DNA of 64,000 nt from an uncultured bacterium (GTDB taxonomy: Bacteria; Auribacterota; Erginobacteria; Erginobacterales; Erginobacteraceae): positions 160,001-224,000 of the forward strand of contig CAWGIE010000036.1 of assembly GCA_963822585.1 (NCBI GenBank). The letters are read 5' to 3'. Positions 11,736 to 23,241 of the stretch are shown here, one piece after another. Both the position numbers and the translations under genes were made by a program. Numbering within the stretch: position 1 is the first letter of the stretch; every line of letters starts with the position of its first letter. The notes under the pieces are model-generated. The model was not told the origin of the DNA. It saw only the letters and a list, made by a program, of their open reading frames with translations, and made no database searches.

Positions 11736-13544
11736 ATGTCTGAACGGATACTGATAGTAGACGATATGCCGGAAATTCAGCGGGTTCTCGATCTGGCTCT
11801 CCGGTCGGAGGGGTACCGGGTAAAGACCGTGGGGACGGGAAAGGACGCCTGGAGCGAGATTGATGGCGCGGGGCCGGAGCAGGCGTACCACCTGGCCCTG
11901 GTCGACATCAAGTTGCCCGACATCAACGGCCTGGATCTGGTGGAACGCATCCGGCAGCTTTCACCCCAGACCGAGGTCATCCTGATGACCGGGCATGCCT
12001 CGGTGGAGACGGCGGTCAAGGCCATCAAGCTGGGTGCCTTCGCCTATCTCTCCAAGCCGATCCAGATGGAGGAACTCTATCAGATTGTCCGGCGGGCACT
12101 GGAACGACAGCGGCTGACAATAGAAAACCGCCGACTCCTCGCCAAGTTGAAAGAATCCAACAAGAGCCTGGAAGAGTTGAACAGGACTCTGGAGAAGAGG
12201 GTACAGGACCGGACGGCCGAACTGACGGAATCCCGGGCGGAAATTCAGATAAAGGCCCGCGAACTGGCAATCATCAACGAAATCACCAACGCGATCGCCT
12301 CCAGCCTGGACCTGAAAGAGATTCTGGGGCTGGCGGTGCGGGAGGCGAAAAAACTGGTCGCCTTCGACCGGGCCAGCATCTCTCTGGCTTGGGGGTCGGA
12401 CACGATAAACGAGGTTTATTTTCTGGAGCCGGGAGACGGGCGGGAGACGGAGACGGGCCACACTTACCCGATCAAGGGTACCGGCATCGAATGGGTGATA
12501 AAAAACAAGCGGGCCCTGATCCGGGGTGAGCTTTCCCGAAAGGACGAGTTTCTCGAGGATGAGTTTATCAGAAAGACCGGGGCGCAATCGGGCATCGTGG
12601 TCCCCCTGATCCGGCGGGGACAGGCGATCGGCACGCTCAACCTCGGAAGCATGAAGTCGAACGCCTATGACAGATCCCACGAGATCATCCTCCGCCAGAT
12701 CGCCGGGCAGCTCGCCGTCGCCATCGACAACGCGAACCTTTACCGGAGAATGGAGACATACAGTAAAAACCTGGAGGTCGAGGTAGCCAGGCGGACCGCG
12801 TCGCTGGAGCAGTCCCTCGATGATCTCAAAGAGGCCCAGGAAAAACTGGTCCAGTCCGAGAAACTGGCGGCCATCGCCAAGCTGATCGCGGGGGTGGCCC
12901 ATGAGATCAAAAATCCCCTGAACTCGATGTCCTTTTCCACTGCCAACATAGAAACCATCTGTGACACCTCCACCGATATCGCCCAGGCGAGGGAACTGGC
13001 CCGGGAAAGCATCTCGATCCTGAGGTCAGATATCACCCGGCTGAAGGAGATGGTTGACCGCTTCATGTCGTTTGCCCGTCCGGGACGCCATGAACGGGAA
13101 GAAGTCGATCTTAACACCGTTATCCGGGAAGTGGTCCGGGGGCGCCGGATCGAACTGGAAGAGAAACGGATACAACTCTCGGAAGAGTACGACGAGACAC
13201 TTCCGCCGGTGAAGCTGGAAAAAGACGAATTCCACCGCTCGATTCTCAACCTTCTCCTCAACGCGCTGGAAGCGGTCAAAACCGGCGGACGGATCGGGAT
13301 CAGAACCATCAGCGTCCCCGAAGGCATATCCCTCGAGGTATCTGACAACGGGTGCGGGATCCCCCCCGAGATCCAGGACAAGATCTTCGACATCTTCTTC
13401 ACCACCAAGGCCAAGGGGAGCGGCCTGGGGCTCTCCCAGGTATTCAGAACCGTCGAAAGCCACCGGGGAAGCATCACTTTTGAATCGCCTGAAGGAAAGG
13501 GCACTGTCTTCCGGATACAGATTCCGGCGGGGAGAACACCATGA
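11736..13544 (+). CDS. Cytoplasmic hybrid sensor kinase (REC - coiled coil - GAF - HisKA - HATPase)
   Basis: ILIVDD..LALVDIKLPD..KP; GAF (SGIVVPL..IGTLNLGS..IAGQLAVAIDNA); AHEIKNPL; NLLLNALEA; DNGCGI; FTTK..GSGLGL. Confidence 0.95.
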   Translation: MSERILIVDDMPEIQRVLDLALRSEGYRVKTVGTGKDAWSEIDGAGPEQAYHLALVDIKLPDINGLDLVERIRQLSPQTEVILMTGHASVETAVKAIKLGAFAYLSKPIQMEELYQIVRRALERQRLTIENRRLLAKLKESNKSLEELNRTLEKRVQDRTAELTESRAEIQIKARELAIINEITNAIASSLDLKEILGLAVREAKKLVAFDRASISLAWGSDTINEVYFLEPGDGRETETGHTYPIKGTGIEWVIKNKRALIRGELSRKDEFLEDEFIRKTGAQSGIVVPLIRRGQAIGTLNLGSMKSNAYDRSHEIILRQIAGQLAVAIDNANLYRRMETYSKNLEVEVARRTASLEQSLDDLKEAQEKLVQSEKLAAIAKLIAGVAHEIKNPLNSMSFSTANIETICDTSTDIAQARELARESISILRSDITRLKEMVDRFMSFARPGRHEREEVDLNTVIREVVRGRRIELEEKRIQLSEEYDETLPPVKLEKDEFHRSILNLLLNALEAVKTGGRIGIRTISVPEGISLEVSDNGCGIPPEIQDKIFDIFFTTKAKGSGLGLSQVFRTVESHRGSITFESPEGKGTVFRIQIPAGRTP

Positions 13545-14924
13545 AGCCGCTGCGGGTGCTGGTGCTGGACGACGAAGAGAACATTCGAAAAAGCCTGGGC
13601 ACCTTTTTAAAGATGCACGATTATGAGGTGGAGACGGCGGCGCTTCCTTCCGAGGCGATGAAAAAGCTCCGGGAGGGTGATTTCCAGGTTCTGATCACCG
13701 ACGTGAGGATGCCGGAGATGGATGGAATCCGGCTGGCGGAAGAACTGCACAAGGGATTCCCCGACCTCACCATCCTGGTCGTGACCGCCTACGGGAACGT
13801 CAAGGACGCGGTCCAGGCGATGAGGAAGGGAGCGTTCGATTACCTGACCAAACCCCTGGACCAGGAAGAGCTTCTCATCATCCTCCAGAGGATCGGCGAA
13901 CACTACCGTCTGATCAAGGAGATTCAATCGCTCCGCCGGAGGCTGAAATCGGAAGCTTCCTACCAGGATCTGGTCGGGGAGAGCAAGGCGATCAGGGGCG
14001 TTTATGAACTGATCGATATCGCCGCCAAAAGTGATTACAGCGTTCTGATCACCGGGGAGACCGGAACCGGCAAGGAGATCGTGGCCCGGGCCATCCATCA
14101 TAACAGCGACCGGAAGGAAGGGCCCCTGGTCGACGGTAAACTGCGGGGCGCTCCCGGAGACGATGATGGAGAGCGAACTCTTCGGCCATCTTAAGGGTTC
14201 TTTTACCGGAGCGGTCAAGGACCGTCAGGGGAAGATCCGCTCCGCCCATGGAGGGACCCTCTTCCTGGACGAGGTCGGGACTCTGAGTCCCTCCGCCCAG
14301 GTCAAGCTTCTTCGGGTCCTTGATGAACAGACGTTTGAGCCCCTGGGGAGCGATACCACCATCACGGTTGACATCAGGGTCCTGGCGGCCACCAATGAAG
14401 ACCTCTACCGTGCAGTGGAAGAAGGGAAATTCCGGGAGGACCTCTACTATCGCCTGAACGTCATCCGCGTCAACATCCCCCCTCTGCGGGAGCATAAGGA
14501 AGACATCCCGCTGCTGACCCGGCATATACTCAAGAAACTGGGAAAGGAAGACCTGAAAATCTCCTCCGGCGCCATGAACCTTCTCCTCCAGTATAACTGG
14601 CCGGGCAATATCCGGGAGCTGGAAAACATCCTCAAGAGCATTGCGGCGTTGGTTGACGGGGATAACCTGGTTCTGGAGCACTTTCCCCGGCACCTTCGGG
14701 GGAACGGGGCGCTACAAACCCCCGATTTCAACCACCTGGCATCGTTTGATGATAAAGTCAGCTTATTTGAAAAGTATTTAATCGAGGAAAAACTCCAGCA
14801 GACCGGCGGTAACGTGACCCGGGCCGCCCAGGAACTTGATGTTCCCCTTCGCTCTTTACGCCGCAAGATGGATAAATATTCCCTGACATCCCGTCTTTTT
14901 AAATCAGACACAGATTCAAAATAA
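13541..14924 (+). CDS. NtrC-family sigma-54 response regulator (one extra base near 14132 splits it into two ORFs)
   Basis: REC domain, GETGTGKE, (V)NCGALPE restored by removing one base, [36 protein letters not shown] and a Fis-type HTH. Confidence 0.93.
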
Positions 14925-15073
14925 TGTCATTTTTAGCATTATTTTTCTCCCATCCGCGATACCTTAACTGCTGTTTCTGACCTATCCCCTTCTCCCCGCG
15001 CCTTTCTGTTTTCTTCCCTATCCTGTTGTCTCTCAATTAGTCTTAAATAGAAAGTCCGGCACCTTTTCTATTC

Positions 15074-15089
15074 TGGCACGGTGCTTGCT
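15074..15089 (+). promoter_or_regulatory. Sigma-54 (-24/-12) promoter
   Basis: TGGCACG-GTGC-TTGCT gives exact GG-N10-GC spacing. It lies directly downstream of the NtrC-family gene and just upstream of ATG 15101/15107. Confidence 0.85.
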
Positions 15090-15106
15090 ATTCTATTAAG
15101 ATGCTA

Positions 15107-18100
15107 ATGAGGATACTGTCTTCTAATTTGATCTGTGTATTGTTCCTGGTATCGCCCATGTATTTCCGGGGCGCAGGGACTGGGAAAAACCTTTATAGAT
15201 TACCCGGCCAACCCGGTCTTTACGACGGAGGGCGGGGTGGATTACACCTGCGTGGTCTTTGACGCCGCCGCCTTCGGAGAGAACGGCGGCACGTACAAGA
15301 TGTGGTACAGCGCTTACGACCGGGGTCTGGAAAGGATGAGCCTCGGATGCGCTTCGTCCGCTGACGGGGTTACCTGGAAGAAAAGCTCGGCCGGGATGCT
15401 CGATGGTCTTTATTCGGGGGACAACGACCGGCCGGTGGTTCTCTACGACCAGGACCGCTTCGGCGACGTCGGCGGCCCTCTCTACAAGATATGGTACTGG
15501 ACCGGTCCGGAGCAGGAAGACTCGATCGGGGCGATTCATTACGCCGCGTCGGAAGACGGGATCAACTGGTACGGTGACCGGGCGATCGAGCAGAGCCGGC
15601 TCTTTCCCCTGGTGACCGGGGGCGAGGCTGCCCCTCTTACCGGCGAGGCCACCGCCGGAGCCTTCAACAACGCCGCCTATTCGGAACTGCAGAACTGGTT
15701 TTACCGTCTCCAGGGGCCCGGGTACATTATCTATAACCCCAACGCGGCCAATACCGGGAGTAAGACGGCCCGGAACCGCTCCGACGACGCTCCTCTCTCC
15801 TATCGCTACGTGATGTATTACGACTCGGCCAGCGAGGGTTTTTCCCCGGACGGCAGCATGCGACAGATATCGCTGGCCTACTCCACCGACGGCATCTTCT
15901 GGATCCGTTACGGCGATCAGCCGGTGATCGTCCCCGGCGGCGCCGGAGGGTGGGACGGCATGTACGCCTACCGGGCAAGCGTTCTTATGATCGACGGACT
16001 CTACCACATGTGGTACGCGGGTGGCGACGGTCAGGCGCCGGCTTACGACGCAAAGGGCATCGGCCACGGGACGTCGGAGGATGGGATTTCCTGGGTGCTG
16101 GATGATGAGCCGGTCATCGATGTGGGCGACAACGAGTCCTGGAGACTCGACCGGACCGGTGCTCCCTGTGTGGTTGCCGGGACTGCTGCTCAATTACGAT
16201 CGAGTAGCGGCATCAGTACCAAGATGTGGGCAATGGGCGAAGACATTGGCGGCGTTTCCGCGATTGGATACTGGGAAGCGGAAGAACTTTTACTCGACTG
16301 TGTGGAAGTCCCAAATAAGCGGAGTGAGCTCCAATCTTAGAGGGGTTGATTTTGTGACGGAGGATTCCGGCTGGGTAGTCGGCGATCAAGGAACCATCCT
16401 CCGGACTACGGATGGAGGAGATACCTGGAGACTCTGGCAGAGTCATTATAAAGTCAACGACCTGCTGGCGGTTTCATTCTACAAAGATCTGGGATGGGCG
16501 GTCGGTAAAAAGGGAACCGTTCTACATACCGAAGATGGTGGAGTTAGCTGGCATCAACAGCCAAGTTCAGTCGAAACCGACCTTTACGGCGTTTATTTTC
16601 TTGATGATCAACATGGCTGGACGGTCGGAGCAAAAGGAACGATCCTGAGAACGGAAGATGGCGGTAAAACCTGGAAGCAATGGATTTCCCAGATTCCGGT
16701 CATTCTCCCGGACTTACATGATGTGGTTTTTGTGAATAAAAAACAGGGCTGGGTGGCGGGTAATACCGGGCTTATTCTTTATACCGAGGATGGAGGAGAG
16801 AACTGGAAGACACAGGAAAGCGGTGTGCGGGAAGATCTCTTGGGGATAGATTTTCCCCAGCCGAAGCCATATTCCGGCTGGTCGATAGGAGAAACCGGAA
16901 CGATTCTCTTTACCCAGGATACGGGACAGAACTGGAAACAACAGGAAAGTGGGACCAAAGCCTCGCTGGAAGACGTTGTCTTCATCAATAATAAAATCGG
17001 CTGGGTAGTAGGCGGCAAAGGGACGATCCTTCATACCGAGACCAGCGGCAATACCTGGGAACCGCGGATAAGCGGGACCGATCTAACATTGAACGGAGTG
17101 GATTTTCTCGACAGCCGCCACGGGTGGGCGGTTGGCGACAGAGGAACAATTTTAAAGTACACATCCTTGGTTCCCCCTCCTACTCCGACCCCGACCGTCG
17201 AGCCGACAGCTGCAATAACCCCGCTGCCAACCGCGACCCCGACGCCCCGGCCGAGCACAACTCACCCTCCGTCGCCGACAATGACACCGACTGTTCGGCC
17301 GACGGCGACCCCGACCGTCCGGCCGACGGCGACACCGACCGCCCAGCCGACCGCCACTCCGGATCCTTCGCCGATGGCCCCTATCCTGTGTGTAAGACCC
17401 GGTGGCGGAGGCGGTTGTTACGCAACAATCCAAGCCGCAATTGCCGCCGCGGCGAACGGAGATACGATCGAGGTCCACGAGGGGATCTACACCATCACTG
17501 CCGGAACCCAGCTTATTATCAATAAGTCGATCACCCTTCGCTCGGCTCCCGGCGAGACCACGCGTCCTAAGATCAAAACCGACTACCAAAACTGGAATAA
17601 TTGCGCGGTCCAGATCGCGGCGGACAATGTCGTCCTGGATGGATTCGAAATCGATAACACCCGCAGCAACCCTCGCACCGGTTACATCGTCGGAGACTAC
17701 AATAGCGCCAAGAACGGCTGGACGGTCCGGAATTGCGAGATCCACGATGGGGATCAGGGTATCCGATTGATGGGCAACAATGTCACGATTGCGAATAACA
17801 ACATCCATGAGACCGCCGGGGACTGCATCGACGCCGAATATGGCGCCTGCATTGGCCTCAAAGTCACGGGTAACTGGCTTCACTCGCACCACCCCGATTC
17901 GGGGAGAAAACCTGCCGGTTTAACCTACAATGTCTCGTCCGCGGGTACCGCGACGGTTGAGATTACCTATAACTACTGTTGGGCCTGTCGGACGTTCATT
18001 GATTTCCAGAACAACGGAGGCTTGTCTCCTTCCTATGACGTACTGGTAGCGCACAATACGGTGGACTGGTGGATCGGGGACTTGCCGGATCCGATCCAGG

Positions 18101-20872
18101 GAACCGAACTGGCCCAGCAGATGTCCATTGCCTGGTGGGCGGGCAGCGGGAACTGGAATGGGCCGAGGTTTATTATCCGGGACAATATCTTCTCCCGTCA
18201 GAAATGGTACATGATCGTCGACACCGATTCCTTGATGCAAGGGACCGTCAACGTCCAGAACTGTCTTTTCTGGAAGTGGTACCTGCGCAACGATTGGTGG
18301 CCCACATATAAATATCCGTACGAATGGCCGGAGGAACGCGGGGCCGTAGGGTGGAACAATGCGCCGACCGATTTTGCCATGAATGACTGCATTACATCCG
18401 ACCCGATGTTTATCGCTACCGGTACCACCCCGGACGAGTACTATGCGCTTCGCTATGGATCCCCCGCCCTTCTGGGCGCCAGTGACGGTACCAACATCGG
18501 GGCAAACCAGCAGATACCTGACCCACCCCAGGCGACTCCGACGCCAAATGCGACGGCCATCGTAACCCCGTCCGCCGACCGCTACCCCGACCGCCCAGCC
18601 AACGGCGACAGCGACGATAGAACCGACCACGACACCCGCGCCGCCGACCGCGACACCGACGGCCGGAGATCCCACTCCGCTCCCCTCCCCTTCCCCGGTC
18701 AATATAGCACTGGGCAAGACGGCGACCGCTTCCGCTTACCGCTATTCAAATGTTTCTCCCGATCATGTTACCGATGGAAGTTATTCGGAGAGTGTTCTTG
18801 ATTACTGGCTTCTTCCCGACAGTACCACCGGGTGGGTGCGGGTGGATCTGGGCGGCCTATACTTCCTGGATCAGATTCGCTGGCTGAACACCCATAACGG
18901 CTCCTATCACGACCGGGCAACCACCGACTGGAGCCTGGAAGTTTCCCAGGACGGGGTGGTCTATACCGAGATCGCCGGCGGGACGGAGCCGTTCTCCGCG
19001 ACCCCCTCCTGGGTGGCGATAACCGATTTCGCCCATGATGTTTCCTACCGTTACCTCCGCCTGAACGTCAACGGGTACTACAACCGCGGGGGCGGCATCA
19101 ACGAGATCGAAGCCTGCGGGATCCCGGACAGCCCTCCCAGTCCCAACATCGCCCTGGGGAAACAGGCGGTCGCTTCCGCTTTCCGCTATGCCAATGTCAG
19201 TCCCGATCATGTCACCGACGGGAGTTACCTGGAGAATACTATTGATTACTGGCTTCTTCCCGACAATACCCCGGGGTGGGTGCGGGTGGATCTGGGCAAT
19301 CCCTACTTCCTGGATGAGATCCGCTGGCTGAACACCCATGACGGGGCCTATAACGACCGGGCCGCCACCGACTGGAGTCTGAAAGTTTCCAAGGACGGGG
19401 TGGTCTATACCGAGATCGCCAGCGGGACCGAGGAATTTTCCGGATCACCCTCCTGGGTCATCATTCCCTGCGATCCGGAGATCTCCTACCGCTACATCCG
19501 CCTCCAGGTCGACGGGTATTACAACCGCGGGGGCGGCATCAACGAGATCGAAGCTCGCGGAACCCTGGATAATCCGGGAAGTCCCAACATAGCCCTGGGC
19601 AAGCCGGCGACCGCTTCCGCCACCAGCAATCCCAACGTGTGTCCCGACCATGTCACCGATGGGAGCACCCTGGAGAATATCCTTGATTACTGGCTCCTGC
19701 CGAATTCGACCACCGGCTGGGTGCAGGTTGACCTGGAAGGCATCTATGACATCCATAAGATCCGCTGGCTGAACACCCATAATGACGGGTATAACGACCG
19801 GGCCACCACTGACTGGAGGCTTGAAATCTCCAGCGACGGGACCTCCTTCACCGAGTACACCAGCGGGACCGAGGAATTTTCTTCCGAACCGACCTGGGTG
19901 GAATTCAAACACATTCAGGTTGATGCCCGTTACCTGCGGCTGTACGTGGATGGCTACTACAACCGGGGCGGCGGCGTGAATGAAATCGAGGCCTATGGTG
20001 ATCTAAAAAATATCGCCCTGGGCAAGCCAGCGACCGCTTCCGCCACCAGCAATCCCAACGTTTGTCCCGATCATGTTACCGATGGAAGCATCCTGGAGGA
20101 CATTCTTGATTACTGGCTTCTGCCGGATTCGACCCCCGGCTGGGTGCAGGTTGACCTGGGAAACCGCTACGAATTATGCCGGGTGGACTGGCTGAACACC
20201 CATAATGATGGCTATAACGACCGGGCAACCACTGAGTGGCATCTGGCGGTCAGCGAGGATGGCGTGACGTTTGAGGATGTGGCCGCGGGAGATGAAGAAT
20301 TTTCGACAGACCCCGGCTGGGTGGAAGTTACCGCCGTCAGCGGCCTGGTGGGAAGGTATGTCCGCATTTATGTCGACGATTACTATAATCGGGGGGGAGG
20401 GTTGAATGAGATAAAAGTTTATGCTCTTTCCGAGATTTTACCCGACAACATAGCTCTGGGAAAACCGGTGACCGCTTCCGCCACCAGCAATCCCAACGTT
20501 GGTCCCGATCATGTTACCGACGGGAGTTGTTCAGAGGGTAGTCTTGATTACTGGCTTCTTCCCGACAATACCCTCGGCTGGGTGGAGGTGGACCTTGAGG
20601 ATATCCACGACCTGTCGGAGATCCGCTGGCTCAACACTCATAATGACGGGTATAACGACCGGGCCGCCACCAGCTGGAGAGTCGAAATCTCCGAAGACGG
20701 CATTGATTACTCCGAGGTGGGAAGCGGTACCGAGTCGTTCTCGCCGACCCCTTCCTGGGTGGCGATACCCCTTGAGGAAGCGGCGGCCCGCTACATCCGA
20801 CTTCATGTCGACGGCTACTACAACCGGGGCGGCGGCATCAACGAACTCGAAGCCTATGAGGTAGAAGATTAA
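15107..20872 (+). CDS. Reconstructed ~1900-aa secreted multidomain protein: signal peptide, 5-bladed glycoside-hydrolase-like propeller, YCF48/BNR propeller, Pro/Thr linker, right-handed beta-helix, Pro/Thr linker, 5 x F5/8-type C (discoidin/CBM32-like) domains
   Basis: Joins ORFs 15135-16340, 16021-18801 and 18836-20872 through single-base indels near 15155, 16290 and 18571. Motifs: MRILSSNLICVLFLVS; repeated YKMWY/SxDGxxW; GWxVGxxGTILxTxDGGxxW; YATIQAAIAAAANGDTIEV; 5x NIALGK...EIEA. Confidence 0.75.
18700..20869 (+). repeat. Five tandem ~440-nt intragenic repeats (discoidin domains)
   Basis: Recurrent GATTACTGGCT(T/C)CT(T/G)CC, TGGCT(G/C)AACAC(C/T)CAT and YYNRGGG-coding segments. Confidence 0.9.
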
Positions 20873-20899
20873 AAAATCAGGGTTATTGATCTACTTATT

Positions 20900-20942
20900 A
20901 AAAATCCAGAACTTCTGCTATATAGAGGTTCTGGATTTTTTT
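20900..20942. terminator. Bidirectional intrinsic terminator between convergent genes
   Basis: AAAAATCCAGAACTTCT-loop-AGAGGTTCTGGATTTTTTT. Confidence 0.85.
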
Positions 20943-20991
20943 ACAATCTCTTGATTACACTCTGTCAGGAAGCTGAAAGTGCAAGACAGAA

Positions 20992-23169
20992 TTATACCCC
21001 TACCCCACTGGAACCGACCCGGCAAAGTTCATCGACGGTAAAGCTGACCTCGGTAGCGGCTATGAGCTGGGGCTGGGGGATCGGTTCCTCTTTTTTGCCC
21101 CCGGCAGCCAGGGCAAATTCCTTTAGCTCTTCCAGATGTCCTTTCCGGATTTTTCGGGATTTAATCCCTTTGCGACGGTCTCCCCGTATAGTCAGTTCTT
21201 TGAAGTCATCAATAACGATGACTTTCCCACCGCAATATATCTCCAGATACTCTTTCCCCCAGGAGCCGTGTCCCAGCGCAGTGTACATGAGGGAACAGAT
21301 GGAGCCATCATCGTATTTTAATTGGGCGGTAAAATTATCCGAGGAAGAAAGACTCCCGTCGCCTCTACCCGCACCCAGAACTTTGATTTCCCGCACCTCT
21401 GAATCAACAAAGAAGTTAAAGAGGTCGAACATATGACAGGCCTCGCCAATTATTCTTCCCCCTCCTTCCCGACTGTGTGTCCAGTGGTCCGGGAGCAGAA
21501 ATCCGGCATTAACTCGATAATTGATCATACGCGGGGAGCCGGTTCCGGAAAGGACTTCCCGGGCTCTGATCGCACACGGGGAAAACCGCCGATTAAAGCC
21601 GACCATGAAGGGGAGGCGGCTGTCTCCTATTACTCCGATCAGTTCCTCCAGTTCTCTCCGGTTAACCGCCATCGGTTTCTCCAATAACACCGCTTTCCCG
21701 GCCTTGAGGGATTCGATAGCCAGAGAAGCATGGAGATTATGGCGTGTGGCTATAATCACCATGTCCACTTCCTGATCGGCAAGGACTTGCCGATAATCGG
21801 TCGTACAGTATTCGGCCCCGAATTGCCGGGCTGCCTGGTTGCTTCTCGTCCCCGAGATATCGGCCACCGCCTTGAGCGATATCAGCTCCGGCAATTTCTT
21901 GATATTGGGCAGATGAACTGCCCGGGCAAAACTTCCGGCCCCGATAACGGCAACCTGGATAATACCGGTCTTTTTCAGCCCGGGCCCTCTCAATTGAATC
22001 CTGTGCTCTTCACCAGTCGTAAGGGCACCGGTTGTTTCCTTTTTGGCGGCAGGGTAAAAAATCAGGTTGGCGAGATTCTCTTTCCCCTCTTCGGCAAGGT
22101 CCTGGTAAGCCCCGGCAGCTTCACTAAGAGGATATTCACCGGTTATCAGAGGGTTGCACTGTATCTTGCTTTCTGATATGAGCCGCAGATATTCCTCCAT
22201 GTTGCGATTCTCTGTCCAGCGGACATAGGCGAACGGGTAATCGCGACCGTTAATCTCATAGATCGGGTCATATCTTCCCGGGCCGTAGGAGCAGGAGATC
22301 AGGAGGTCTATTTCTTTTTCATAGAAGGGCTTCCGTCGCACTTGCATACCCACCTCACCGACTATTACCACTCTCCCCTTCTTCCTGGTCATCTCCATGG
22401 CCTGCTGCAGAGGCAGGTGACTCCCGGTGGCGGCGCAGATGACGGTAACGTCGGTTCCCCGGCCGTAAGTGAGTCTCAATGCTTCAGAAACCGGATCGGC
22501 TTCGTTAATGTTAAAACTATGCTCCATACCCAGCGTCCCGGCCAGTGCTACCCGGCTCTTTTTTTGATCGAAGCCGATGACTCGGCAGCCCGAGTTTTTC
22601 AATAGTTGCGCGGTGAGCTGCCCGAGCAGACCGAGGCCGATAACTGCTACGGTCTCACCCAATTGTACCCCGGCCCTTCTTATCCCCTGTAAGGCAATCG
22701 AGCCCACCGCAACTGACGCCGCCTCTTTCAGACTTAGGCCAGCAGGAACCGTAACGACCAGATTTCGGGGGACAGATACGAATTCAGCGTGGGAGGCGAT
22801 GCCGGCCCCGGCGCAAGCCACTTTTACACCCGGGCTCAAATCTTCAATATCTCGGGCGCATTCGACTACAATACCGGAGCAGCTATAACCCGGATACACT
22901 TCCGAGCTTTCTCGATCAACGGCTTTTGTCCTGGCCACCGCTTCCGCCACTCCTCCGGCTTTCACCATTTTTAATGCTTTTTGAACTTTCTCGGGTTGGT
23001 TGAGCGCTTTTTTCCAGATAGGCTGACCGGAGACCAGGAGATTACTCAACTCAGTCCCCGTTGAAATCAGAGAATACTGTACCTGCACGAGAACGGTTCC
23101 CGGTTGGAGGACCGGAACAGGCACATCAATAACGGAGACCTTTCCTTGGTTAAAAAAAACCTGCTTCAT
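20992..23169 (-). CDS. Bi-domain oxidoreductase (MDR/alcohol-dehydrogenase-like plus Gfo/Idh/MocA), typical of polysaccharide loci
   Basis: SLISTGTE, GLGLLGQ, SYGPGRYD, RWTENRN; GAGSFA, LEKPMA, GFNRRF, GGRIIGEACH. Confidence 0.92.
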   Translation of the reverse strand: MKQVFFNQGKVSVIDVPVPVLQPGTVLVQVQYSLISTGTELSNLLVSGQPIWKKALNQPEKVQKALKMVKAGGVAEAVARTKAVDRESSEVYPGYSCSGIVVECARDIEDLSPGVKVACAGAGIASHAEFVSVPRNLVVTVPAGLSLKEAASVAVGSIALQGIRRAGVQLGETVAVIGLGLLGQLTAQLLKNSGCRVIGFDQKKSRVALAGTLGMEHSFNINEADPVSEALRLTYGRGTDVTVICAATGSHLPLQQAMEMTRKKGRVVIVGEVGMQVRRKPFYEKEIDLLISCSYGPGRYDPIYEINGRDYPFAYVRWTENRNMEEYLRLISESKIQCNPLITGEYPLSEAAGAYQDLAEEGKENLANLIFYPAAKKETTGALTTGEEHRIQLRGPGLKKTGIIQVAVIGAGSFARAVHLPNIKKLPELISLKAVADISGTRSNQAARQFGAEYCTTDYRQVLADQEVDMVIIATRHNLHASLAIESLKAGKAVLLEKPMAVNRRELEELIGVIGDSRLPFMVGFNRRFSPCAIRAREVLSGTGSPRMINYRVNAGFLLPDHWTHSREGGGRIIGEACHMFDLFNFFVDSEVREIKVLGAGRGDGSLSSSDNFTAQLKYDDGSICSLMYTALGHGSWGKEYLEIYCGGKVIVIDDFKELTIRGDRRKGIKSRKIRKGHLEELKEFALAAGGKKEEPIPQPQLIAATEVSFTVDELCRVGSSGVGV

Positions 23170-23241
23170 GGGAAAAAAGGGTACGGGATAGTTCTGGGGA
23201 GATATCAGGCTCTCTACAGATATATTTCTTCCTGAAAGGAA

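Noticed and set aside
14120..14200. Programmed frameshift in the NtrC-family gene
   Set aside because: No slippery sequence is present. One inserted base explains it, consistent with other indels in the window.
17170..17380. CCGAC-rich repeats as a DNA element
   Set aside because: They simply encode the Pro/Thr linker of the large secreted protein.
15107..20872. PEP-CTERM/exosortase system
   Set aside because: The protein ends ELEAYEVED with no PEP-TM-basic tail, and no exosortase gene is in the window.
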